A stretch of 63,971 bases of DNA, the filler included, from an uncultured Methanosarcinales archaeon (GTDB taxonomy: Archaea > Nanobdellota > Nanobdellia > Woesearchaeales > UBA12501): the NCBI GenBank assembly GCA_964397315.1. It is 7 parts of 4 records of this genome, joined end to end, with 100 filler letters (N's around TTAATTAATTAA, not from the genome) between each part and the next. Parts side by side here need not be neighbours in the genome. Positions count along the whole stretch, not along the records: positions 51,600 to 57,830 come from CAYNHV010000004.1; positions 57,931 to 63,971 come from CAYNHV010000049.1; 5 more parts are not named here. One strand, written 5' to 3'. Numbering within the stretch: position 1 is the first letter of the stretch; the number at the start of each line of letters is the position of its first letter. Below the pieces are notes generated by a model that was given only the letters and a program-made list of their open reading frames with translations, did not search any database and was not told the DNA's origin. Positions 55,722 through 63,971 of this stretch are shown here, one piece after another. A program made the position numbers and the translations under genes.

Positions 55722-57698
55722 TCAGATGAACAAGGGCACGAAAACAAGAGCCACGATGGTCATCAGCTTTATGAGGATGTTGATGCTCGGCCCTGAAGTG
55801 TCCTTGAAGGGATCTCCGACAGTGTCTCCGACAACAGCTGCCTTGTGCGCGTCTGAGCCCTTTCCGCCGTGATGGCCCTCCTCAATGTACTTCTTTGCAT
55901 TGTCCCATGAGCCTCCTGCATTGGCCATGAAGACAGCCATGAGGAATCCGGTCACAAGCGCTCCTGCGAGCAGGCCGCCGAGAGCTTCAGGCCCGAGGAA
56001 TATCCCCACCACAATCGGCATCAGGACAGTCACAACACCAGGTATTACCATCTCCCTCAGGGCAGCTGCAGTGCTTATGTCCACGCACCTCTCATAGTCA
56101 GGCTTTGCCTTTCCTTTCATAAGCCCCTTTATGCTCTTGAACTGCCGCCTTACCTCCTCAACCATGTCAAATGCAGCCTTCCCCACTGCCTCCATGGACA
56201 GGGCAGAGAAAAAGAAAGGCATCATTGCGCCGAGGAAAAGCCCTATTATAACAGAGGGAGTGCCTATGTCAATAACAGAGAGGTTTGTGACCTGCGTGTA
56301 GCTCACAAACAATGCGAGAGCTGTGAGGGCTGCAGAGCCTATTGCAAATCCCTTTCCTATTGCAGCTGTTGTGTTGCCGACAGCATCAAGCCCTTCTGCC
56401 TTCTTTCTTATGTCCTTGCCCAGCCCCGCCATCTCTGCGATACCTGCTGCATTATCCGCAACAGGCCCGTAAGTGTCTGTTGCAAGCGTTATTCCTAGCG
56501 TGCTGAGCATTCCCACTGCTGATATTGCTATGCCGTAAAGCCCGCCGAACTTATAGGCGAGAAGTATTGCAGCGCATACAGCCGCCACAGGGATTATTGT
56601 GCTGAGCATTCCGTTGGAAAGCCCCTGTATGATGTTGGTGGCAGCGCCTGTCTCTGACGCCCTTGCAATCTTCTGCGCGGGCTTCCTGTCATTCGCTGTG
56701 TAATACTCTGTGGAGAGGCCTATCACTATTCCTGCCACAAGGCCTGCAAGAGCTGCGTAGAACACTCCGAGCTCTCCCATGTAATACCATATTATTCCAA
56801 GAGAGAGTATCACCATTGTTATTGAGCTGGCGAAAATTCCCTTGTTGAGGGCTGAATGCACCCTTGATTTCTTCTTTGTCCTCACAAAGAAAGTGCCGAC
56901 TACTGAGGAGATTATTCCTGCTGCAGCAAGCACAAGAGGCAGAAGCACGGGATTTCCTTTTGCAGCTGAAAGTGTTGTTCCGATGACCATGGCAGCTATT
57001 ATTGAGTCAACATAGCTCTCAAAAAGGTCTGCTCCCATTCCGGCAACATCCCCCACATTGTCTCCCACATTGTCAGCGATGACTGCGGGATTTCTCGGAT
57101 CATCCTCTGGTATTCCTGCCTCTAACTTTCCGACAAGGTCAGCTCCCACGTCAGCTGCCTTGGTGTATATGCCGCCTCCGACCCTTGCGAAGAGGGCTAT
57201 GGATGATGCTCCAAAGCCGAAGCCGTATATTATGCTCGGCTCGCCGAATACAAGGTAGAGGACTGCCACGCCGAGAAGGCCGAGCCCCACAACACTCATT
57301 CCCATCACAGCTCCTGATGAGAATGCTATTCCGAGGCCCTCGTTGAGGGATTTCTTGACGCCCCATGCTGTCCTTGCGTTTGCTTTTGTCGCTATCCTCA
57401 TTCCTATGTTGCCTGCAAGGCCGGAGAATATTCCTCCCACAATGAATGCTATAGCCAGCTTGTGGCCCTCTGGTATGACAAGCCAGAGCACGAGGGCAAC
57501 CACGACCATGAATATAGCGAGAAACTTGTACTCCTTGTTGAGAAATGTCATTGCCCCCTTGTGAATCATGTCAGAAAGATCTTTTGTCCTGCTGTTGCCC
57601 GGGCTTTTTTTCATCAGCCTCCAGGCAGTTATGCCTGCAAACAACAAAGCAAGAACACTTATAGCAATTGTCACCTGAACTTCGTACATCCAACACAC
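55722..57698 (-). CDS. hppA: Membrane-bound Na+/H+-translocating pyrophosphatase (K+-dependent type)
   Basis: [35 protein letters not shown]. Confidence 0.96.
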   Translation of the reverse strand: MCWMYEVQVTIAISVLALLFAGITAWRLMKKSPGNSRTKDLSDMIHKGAMTFLNKEYKFLAIFMVVVALVLWLVIPEGHKLAIAFIVGGIFSGLAGNIGMRIATKANARTAWGVKKSLNEGLGIAFSSGAVMGMSVVGLGLLGVAVLYLVFGEPSIIYGFGFGASSIALFARVGGGIYTKAADVGADLVGKLEAGIPEDDPRNPAVIADNVGDNVGDVAGMGADLFESYVDSIIAAMVIGTTLSAAKGNPVLLPLVLAAAGIISSVVGTFFVRTKKKSRVHSALNKGIFASSITMVILSLGIIWYYMGELGVFYAALAGLVAGIVIGLSTEYYTANDRKPAQKIARASETGAATNIIQGLSNGMLSTIIPVAAVCAAILLAYKFGGLYGIAISAVGMLSTLGITLATDTYGPVADNAAGIAEMAGLGKDIRKKAEGLDAVGNTTAAIGKGFAIGSAALTALALFVSYTQVTNLSVIDIGTPSVIIGLFLGAMMPFFFSALSMEAVGKAAFDMVEEVRRQFKSIKGLMKGKAKPDYERCVDISTAAALREMVIPGVVTVLMPIVVGIFLGPEALGGLLAGALVTGFLMAVFMANAGGSWDNAKKYIEEGHHGGKGSDAHKAAVVGDTVGDPFKDTSGPSINILIKLMTIVALVFVPLFI

Positions 57699-57830
57699 CC
57701 CCTTAAGCGATTATTTTAATGATGGAAGCAAAAGAAAACAGCATATTTATAAATATTACGGTAAAAATATTAGGGTGTATAATTCGGAAATTAGTTCTCA
57801 CTTCTGCAGGATATAGGTCATTTTTAAAGT

Positions 57831-57930
57831 NNNNNNNNNNNNNNNNNNNNNNNNNNNNNNNNNNNNNNNNNNNNTTAATTAATTAANNNNNNNNNNNNNN
57901 NNNNNNNNNNNNNNNNNNNNNNNNNNNNNN
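57831..57930. other. Artificial contig linker
   Basis: N run, TTAATTAATTAA, N run. Confidence 0.99.
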
Positions 57931-58030
57931 GTTTTGAAACCTTTATGTTTCAGTTAGGCGATTGCTCGGATTTTTATGATTTTTTTGTTGTTTTTTCTTA
58001 ATTACCTCTTTACAACCTGTCTTCACACCC

Positions 58031-59008
58031 TCACTCTTTCCTCTCTTCAGAGCCCGCAAGCGCGAACCTGCTCAGAAGAGCCTCTGCCTGTATGTACTCA
58101 TCACTTCCCTCTGATATCCTGAATTCCGCCTCGCCGCAGGCAGACACCAGCTCCATCTTCTTCCTGTTTTCCAGGTCCAGGTCCAGGATCTCTTTCTGGA
58201 TCTGCTTCACCAAGTCAGCCCCGCTGAGCCCGTACTTGAGCATTATGTCAAGAAGCTTATTCCTTGCCTCAACAAACTTGTTTTCCAGTGCCAGCTTAAG
58301 AACATCCTTCACGTCAGCAGGCTTTGCTGCTGAAGCCATTGAGAACACCAGCTCCTCATCAATGCTCTTTGATATCACAGCGCAGCTCTGCATTATGTTC
58401 TCCAGCTTTCTGCAGTCCCCTTCTGAAACCTTGTATAATGCCTCCTTTGCCTTGTCGTCAATATCCAGCCCCTCCTCTTTTGATATCCTCTCTATTATCC
58501 CTGTTATCTCCTCCTTTTCCAGAGGCCTGAACCTGAATATGGCACATCTTGACTGTATGGGGTCTATTATCTTGGACGAGTAGTTGGCAGCGAGTATGAA
58601 CCTACAGGTTTGCGTGTAATTCTCCATTGTCCTTCTTAATGCCTGCTGGGCCTCTCTGGTGAGGGCATCGCATTCGTCAAGGTATATTATCTTGAAAGGA
58701 ACTTCGCCGATTGACCTTGTCCTGGCGAAATCCTTCACCTTGTGCCTTATGACATCAATGCCTCTCTCGTCGCTTGCGTTAAGCTCAAGAAAATTGGAGT
58801 GCCATCCCTCTCTGAAAAGCTGTTTTGCGATAACAAGCGCAAGGGTTGTCTTTCCTATGCCCGGCGGGCCGGCAAAAAGAAGATGGGGCAGGTTTCTCCC
58901 CTTAACCATGGCCTCTACCTTGCTCACAACATCCTTCTGGCCCCTCACTTCTGAGAACTTTGACGGCCTGTACTTCTCTGTCCATATCACTGATTTATCA
59001 TCCGGCAT
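58031..59008 (-). CDS. rfcS: Replication factor C small subunit
   Basis: WTEKYRP, GPPGIGKT, ELNASDERG, QSRC. Confidence 0.96.
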   Translation of the reverse strand: MPDDKSVIWTEKYRPSKFSEVRGQKDVVSKVEAMVKGRNLPHLLFAGPPGIGKTTLALVIAKQLFREGWHSNFLELNASDERGIDVIRHKVKDFARTRSIGEVPFKIIYLDECDALTREAQQALRRTMENYTQTCRFILAANYSSKIIDPIQSRCAIFRFRPLEKEEITGIIERISKEEGLDIDDKAKEALYKVSEGDCRKLENIMQSCAVISKSIDEELVFSMASAAKPADVKDVLKLALENKFVEARNKLLDIMLKYGLSGADLVKQIQKEILDLDLENRKKMELVSACGEAEFRISEGSDEYIQAEALLSRFALAGSEERKE

Positions 59009-59053
59009 AGCGCAAAAGTAACCCGACTAGTATAAAAATTTAACTAAGAAGCT

Positions 59054-59317
59054 CTAAACAATATCTTCCTCTGCTATGACCATGAAGTCCCCCACGGCTA
59101 TCACTGCAGAAAAAGGGATTAGGATCTTTCCTTCCTTGTCTTTCTCAAGCTCAAGCTTCTGAGTGTATTGGGTGGGGTTTGAAAGCACCATGTGGATGAG
59201 CTCTCCGCTCTTTGTCTCAAATATGATGTCTCCGACCTCTCCGAACCTCCTCCCTGTCTTGCTGACTATTGTTTTCCCTATAATCTCCTTGCCGAACTTC
59301 TTTTCTTCTTCAGCCAT
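59054..59317 (-). CDS. PRC-barrel domain protein
   Basis: IGK.IV...G..FGEV.D, IPFSAV.AVGD. Confidence 0.88.
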   Translation of the reverse strand: MAEEEKKFGKEIIGKTIVSKTGRRFGEVGDIIFETKSGELIHMVLSNPTQYTQKLELEKDKEGKILIPFSAVIAVGDFMVIAEEDIV

Positions 59318-59363
59318 GGTATCACCGACCACCTCAATAGGCATATATAAAGTTAATTTATAT

Positions 59364-60242
59364 TTAAATCTTTTGTTTTTGCGGAATACCCTGCTCAGAG
59401 CCTCCGAAAACCTCATTTATCCTTGATTTGATGAATGCCTCGTCATGACACTGGCTCTTCAGCCCGCAGGTGTCGCATTTCCTGCTGTTTCTGCAAAAGC
59501 AGGGGGGCTTTCTTGATGCCAGAATCTCTCTTGTTCTCCTTGCAACACTCTTCACCTCCATCTCATTAAAGGGATTCTTCGGGACATTGACCGCCCTTCC
59601 TGAATCAAGATAGACTATCCTTCCGCTGGAAACCTCCCTCTCCTTCTCCCCGAGCATCAGCATATATGCGGTAAGCTGAAGTCTGTGGGATGGCCATGCC
59701 CCCTCTGAAGGGCACTTGCCTGTCTTAAGCTCTACCGGAACTATATGGCTATCATGCACCTCTATCCTGTCAACGATACCTCTTATGCCGAGAGAGGATG
59801 ATTCAATGTTGAATTCAGATATCATCTTTGGCGTGAGCCTGTCCCAAAGCTCAACTCCAGTAAGCCCTGTTTTTTCCATAAATGCCGCTACATTCTTGGC
59901 CCGCTCTTCTGCTTCTGCGGCAACAGAGGATTCCATGCCCCTTATGACCTCATCTTCAGGGATTTCAAACTGCCCTGTCATGCTCCTGTTTTCCTTCACA
60001 GTCCTGTAAAGTATGCTCCTGTATTTCTCCCTGTACAAGGCGAGAAGACTCTCAAATGAAAGACTTTCAGAGATTCCTGTGACTATCTCCTCCTCTGTAT
60101 TGTTAAGGCACTCAAAAACCCTGTGTCTCAGGCTTCCAAGAACAAGACACGGCTTTGGAGGCTCCTTCAGCTTCAGGGCATACTGGAGATAGACTTTTCT
60201 CGGGCAGTAAAGATAACCTGATAGCATGGACACGCTTAACAT
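59364..60242 (-). CDS. cas4: Solo Cas4 family nuclease
   Basis: YCPR, G.VD, ELKTG, QL.AY, C..C....C Fe-S ligands; no other cas genes or array nearby. Confidence 0.88.
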   Translation of the reverse strand: MLSVSMLSGYLYCPRKVYLQYALKLKEPPKPCLVLGSLRHRVFECLNNTEEEIVTGISESLSFESLLALYREKYRSILYRTVKENRSMTGQFEIPEDEVIRGMESSVAAEAEERAKNVAAFMEKTGLTGVELWDRLTPKMISEFNIESSSLGIRGIVDRIEVHDSHIVPVELKTGKCPSEGAWPSHRLQLTAYMLMLGEKEREVSSGRIVYLDSGRAVNVPKNPFNEMEVKSVARRTREILASRKPPCFCRNSRKCDTCGLKSQCHDEAFIKSRINEVFGGSEQGIPQKQKI

Positions 60243-60441
60243 AAAAACCCCCTCCTGCATCCTGTTTATATATTTTTCTGCAACACATGTCCAGTGAATC
60301 CAACAGAACAGGCTCCTCGGGGAACCCAGATCATATGCTGCCCTAATGCATGTTATGGACAGGGTAACAAACCCCTATTCTGGAGAAGACAGTTTACAGC
60401 TCCAAAACATTTAAAAACACAAAGCATTGGTGCGAGGGATA

Positions 60442-61518
60442 ATGAAAGCATCAGAAAGAATGGACATCATAAGACAGGTGGGAGAGGAGATAGTCACAGA
60501 AGAGGACCTGAAGAAACTGCTTGAGTCAAAGAAGAATCCTGTTGCATATGACGGGTTTGAGCCCTCAGGCCACCTGCACATAGCCCAGGGAGTGATGAGG
60601 GCCATAAACGTCAACAAGATGATAAGGGCGGGCTGCAAATTCAAGATGTGGGTGGCGGACTGGTTCGCCTGGGCAAACAACAAGATGGGGGGAGATCTGG
60701 AAAGGATACAAACAGTGGGCAAGTACCAGATGGAGGTGTGGAAAGCCTGCGGTATGGACACTGAAAACATTGAATTCCTGTGGACAAGCGATGCTGTCAG
60801 GGGAGACGACTATTGGAAGATTGTGATGGACGTGGCCCGCAACACCACAATAAAAAGGCTTCTCAGGTGCTCACAGATAATGGGGAGGACAGAGGCAGAG
60901 GCTCAGCAGGGCTCCCAGGCATTGTATCCCATGATGCAGTGCGCTGACATATTCTACCTCAAGGCAGACATCTGCCAGCTGGGCATGGACCAGAGGAAGG
61001 TAAACATGCTTGCGAGAGAGGTCGGGCCAAAGCTCGGATACTGGAAGCCTGTTGTGGTCAGCCACCACATGCTCATGGGCCTCGGCAAGCCGGCATCCTC
61101 AGAGAACGACCCTGTTGAGAGGGCCATTGACTTGAAAATGTCAAAGTCAAAGCCGGACTCTGCAATATTCATGACAGACTCCGAAGAGGACATAAAACGC
61201 AAGCTCAACAAGGCCTACTGCCCTGAAAAACAGACAAAGGACAATCCCTTGCTTGAATACTGCAAATACCTCATATTTGAGAGGTTTGACGAGATGAAGG
61301 TTGAGAGGCCTGAAAAATTCGGGGGCGAAATCAGTTTCTCAGGCTATCAGGAGCTGGAGGAATCATTTGCAAAGGGAGAGCTTCATCCGATGGACCTCAA
61401 GCAGGCAGCTGCATCCTACATAAACGAGCTCATAAATCCGGTGAGGGAGCACTTCCGCAAGAACAAGAAAGCCAGGGACCTTCTTGAGCAGGTAAAATCA
61501 TTTCAAGTGACAAGATGA
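60442..61518 (+). CDS. tyrS: Tyrosine--tRNA ligase (archaeal/eukaryotic type)
   Basis: YDGFEPSG..HIAQ, YP.MQ..D, GMDQRK, KMSKS. Confidence 0.96.
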   Translation: MKASERMDIIRQVGEEIVTEEDLKKLLESKKNPVAYDGFEPSGHLHIAQGVMRAINVNKMIRAGCKFKMWVADWFAWANNKMGGDLERIQTVGKYQMEVWKACGMDTENIEFLWTSDAVRGDDYWKIVMDVARNTTIKRLLRCSQIMGRTEAEAQQGSQALYPMMQCADIFYLKADICQLGMDQRKVNMLAREVGPKLGYWKPVVVSHHMLMGLGKPASSENDPVERAIDLKMSKSKPDSAIFMTDSEEDIKRKLNKAYCPEKQTKDNPLLEYCKYLIFERFDEMKVERPEKFGGEISFSGYQELEESFAKGELHPMDLKQAAASYINELINPVREHFRKNKKARDLLEQVKSFQVTR

Positions 61519-62576
61519 GAAAAAAAAGAAAGGAGTTGAGAAAGCACGCAAAAAAGAGGAAGCTCCAATGCATCATTCTCTTTAATCTCGGCATGGATCC
61601 TGACCCTAATTTTCTCTACCTTACAGGATATGATGGATACGGCTGTCTCATAATGCTCAAGGACAGGGAAATACTTCTTGTCCCCCCTATGGAGTATGAA
61701 AGGGCAAGGAAGACAGTTAAAGGGGCAAGCGTAAAAGTGTACAGGAAGGACTTCTGGACCAACCTGAGAAGGCACTGCAGGAGCAGGACAGTGGGCCTGG
61801 ATTATACCTCAGTGACCATGTCCTTCATTAAGGTATTGAGAAAAGAGCTGAAGAAAAGAAAATTTGTGGACGCTTCCTCTGTCCTGCTGGAGCTGAGGGC
61901 TGTTAAGACCGAGAAGGAGATAAGGCTGCTGAAAAAGGCCTGCTCAATAAGTGACAGCATACTTGAAGGCTGCTTCAGGAAATTCGGCAGTTTCAGGACA
62001 GAGAGGGATGTTGCAAGATATCTTGAGGTTGAGACAGCAAAGAGAGACTGCCAGCTTGCATTTCCCCCTATTGTTGCTTCTGGCTCAGGGGCTGCGGAGC
62101 CCCACCACTCCCCACAGAACGTGGGGCTGAAAAAAGGATTTTGCATCATAGATTTCGGGGTCAAGCACAAGGGTTATCACTCAGACACAACAAGGACAAT
62201 ATACCTGGGCACTCCATCACAGAAGGATAAAGAGCTCTACAATTTCATGAGAACCGCGCAGGAGGAGGTTGTCAAGTCAGTGAAGCCCGGGCAGAAATGC
62301 AGGGATATCTACTCTCTCATGCTGGAAAAGCTCGGAAGATACTCGGGGAATTTCATACACTCTCTCGGCCACGGCGTCGGGGTCAGAATACATGAGCTGC
62401 CTGACTTCAAGCCGAAATCAAAATCCGTTATGGAGGAGAACATGGTATTCACCCTTGAGCCGGGGATATATTTCAGGAACAGGCTCGGGATAAGAATAGA
62501 GGACACAATCCTTCTCAGAGAAAAGCCCGTAATCCTGACAAAAACCTCCAGAAAGCTAAGAACAATAAAGATTTAA
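61515..62576 (+). CDS. Xaa-Pro peptidase (M24)
   Basis: DFG, SDTTRT, HSLGHGVG, EPGIY, GIRIED. Confidence 0.93.
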   Translation: MRKKRKELRKHAKKRKLQCIILFNLGMDPDPNFLYLTGYDGYGCLIMLKDREILLVPPMEYERARKTVKGASVKVYRKDFWTNLRRHCRSRTVGLDYTSVTMSFIKVLRKELKKRKFVDASSVLLELRAVKTEKEIRLLKKACSISDSILEGCFRKFGSFRTERDVARYLEVETAKRDCQLAFPPIVASGSGAAEPHHSPQNVGLKKGFCIIDFGVKHKGYHSDTTRTIYLGTPSQKDKELYNFMRTAQEEVVKSVKPGQKCRDIYSLMLEKLGRYSGNFIHSLGHGVGVRIHELPDFKPKSKSVMEENMVFTLEPGIYFRNRLGIRIEDTILLREKPVILTKTSRKLRTIKI

Positions 62577-62741
62577 TATGTCAGAAATATACCACTGGTT
62601 TATTTAACCAGTGGACAAAGTCCACAAAGGCATATCCGCAGAGGGTATATTTCTGAGCATGCTCAAAAACCACAGGTCAATAAAGAATGAGAATGAAGCT
62701 TTCGCTTCATGCCACCGGTCTCTGACCGGTGGTTTTTGACA
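62572..62741 (-). mobile_element. 170-bp composite MITE/REP-like element, copy B
   Basis: Reverse-complement copy of 54858-55027. Confidence 0.85.
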
Positions 62742-62802
62742 TTCTTCGTAAAAAACGGGCCGTGGGATGAGCTGCACTTGGGGGCTGTCAAGATAAGAAT
62801 AT

Positions 62803-63876
62803 TCAGGAGTAGACATTCCACTTTCCGTTCTTCATCACAAGCTTGCCGTCAAAATATATTTTACCGCCTTTTCTCATGTCCTTTATCATATCCCAGTGTA
62901 TGGCTGACTTGTTCTCCCCTCCTGTCTCCGGAAAGGCCATGCCAAGGGCAAGATGTATTGTGCCGCCTATCTTCTCGTCAAAAAGTATCTGCTTCACGTG
63001 CTTTTTTATGTTGTAATTAAGGCCGATGCCGAACTCTCCCGCGTATTTCGCTCCGGCATCTGTCCTTATCATTGTCTTGAGCAGCCTCTCGTTCTTCTCA
63101 GCAGTTGCTTTCACTACCTTTCCCTTCCTGAACTCAAGCCTTATGCCCCTGACTTCTGCGCCTGACCTTATTGCAGGGAAAGAGTACTTGATGAAGCCCT
63201 CTACCGAGTTCTTAACCGGCTCTGTGAACACCTCTCCGTCAGGCATATTGTGGGTTCCTGCGCATTTCACTGCTTTCTTTCCTTTTATGGAAAAGCTCAG
63301 CTGGGTGTCCTCATGCTCTATCCTCACCCTGTCTGTCTTGTTGAGCAGGTTCATGAGCTTCTGCTGCTTCTTTACTTCTTTCTTCCAGTCCTTCAGGGCT
63401 GCCTTAAACACAAAATCCTCAAACTCCTCAAGGCTCATTTCCGCATCCTGAGCAAGCGAGTTGGTTGGGTATTCAAATATCACCCAATTGTTCTTTTTCA
63501 TCACAGTATCCTGTATCCTCTTCACAGCCTTGCTTCTCATTGAAAGCTTCTTTGGATTTATGTTTGAGAACTCCCGGGTGTTGTATTCTGACCCGATGGA
63601 TATCCACGCGTCTGTGTTTTTAGCCTCAAAAAGTGCTATTTTAGGCAGGCTTTTAAGCTGCTCATCTTTTGCAATCCTGTAATACGCATAGGAGAAGCCC
63701 TGCTCGCTGCATCTTACTCTTGGGAACGCCCCTTTCTTCAGAATCCTCTTGTATATCTCAAGAGCCAGCTCTCTGGCCTCAGGCCCGTAGCTGAGCTGCA
63801 CCACATCCCCTTTTTTTATCCTGACTGAATAATCAGTGAATATCCCTGCCAGCCTCTTTAACCTTGGGTCAGTCAT
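62803..63876 (-). CDS. Aminopeptidase (M29, AmpS/AmpT)
   Basis: NMPDGEVF, GEFGIG, LFDEK, HLALG, SAIHWD. Confidence 0.94.
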   Translation of the reverse strand: MTDPRLKRLAGIFTDYSVRIKKGDVVQLSYGPEARELALEIYKRILKKGAFPRVRCSEQGFSYAYYRIAKDEQLKSLPKIALFEAKNTDAWISIGSEYNTREFSNINPKKLSMRSKAVKRIQDTVMKKNNWVIFEYPTNSLAQDAEMSLEEFEDFVFKAALKDWKKEVKKQQKLMNLLNKTDRVRIEHEDTQLSFSIKGKKAVKCAGTHNMPDGEVFTEPVKNSVEGFIKYSFPAIRSGAEVRGIRLEFRKGKVVKATAEKNERLLKTMIRTDAGAKYAGEFGIGLNYNIKKHVKQILFDEKIGGTIHLALGMAFPETGGENKSAIHWDMIKDMRKGGKIYFDGKLVMKNGKWNVYS

Positions 63877-63971
63877 GCAGTCCAGGTGGAAGCACCCTTA
63901 TTTAAAGCTTGCCTTATCTCAGTATCTCCGAAAGCAAATGATTTCTAAAAAGTAGTTTCAAAAACCGAAAA

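Overview
Archaeal draft-genome sequence: seven contig pieces joined by six artificial N/TTAATTAATTAA/N linkers. Gene content (aIF-1A, RFC, Bud32, CarS, NreA, solo Cas4, short Dph2, bacterial-type ThrRS and LspA) suggests a DPANN, probably Woesearchaeota-like, organism (inference). It contains a surface-glycan locus, an AbiE toxin-antitoxin pair, a lipid head-group operon, housekeeping genes and eight tRNA genes that all carry introns (13 in total, up to three per gene). Three things stand out. (1) A dispersed family of four diverged, non-coding intergenic elements of up to ~480 nt (at ~57, ~10565, ~18065 and ~42345) shares a conserved core and nested long-range stems with compensatory changes; it is a candidate large structured ncRNA. 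(2) An AT-rich three-gene island (degenerate Mpg-like glycosylase, five-repeat helical protein, SNF2 helicase-methyltransferase fusion) looks like an undescribed defence or DNA-modification module. (3) Several MITE/REP-like palindromic elements occur, two of them flanked by duplicated tRNA ends. All family calls come from reading motifs by eye; no searches were run.
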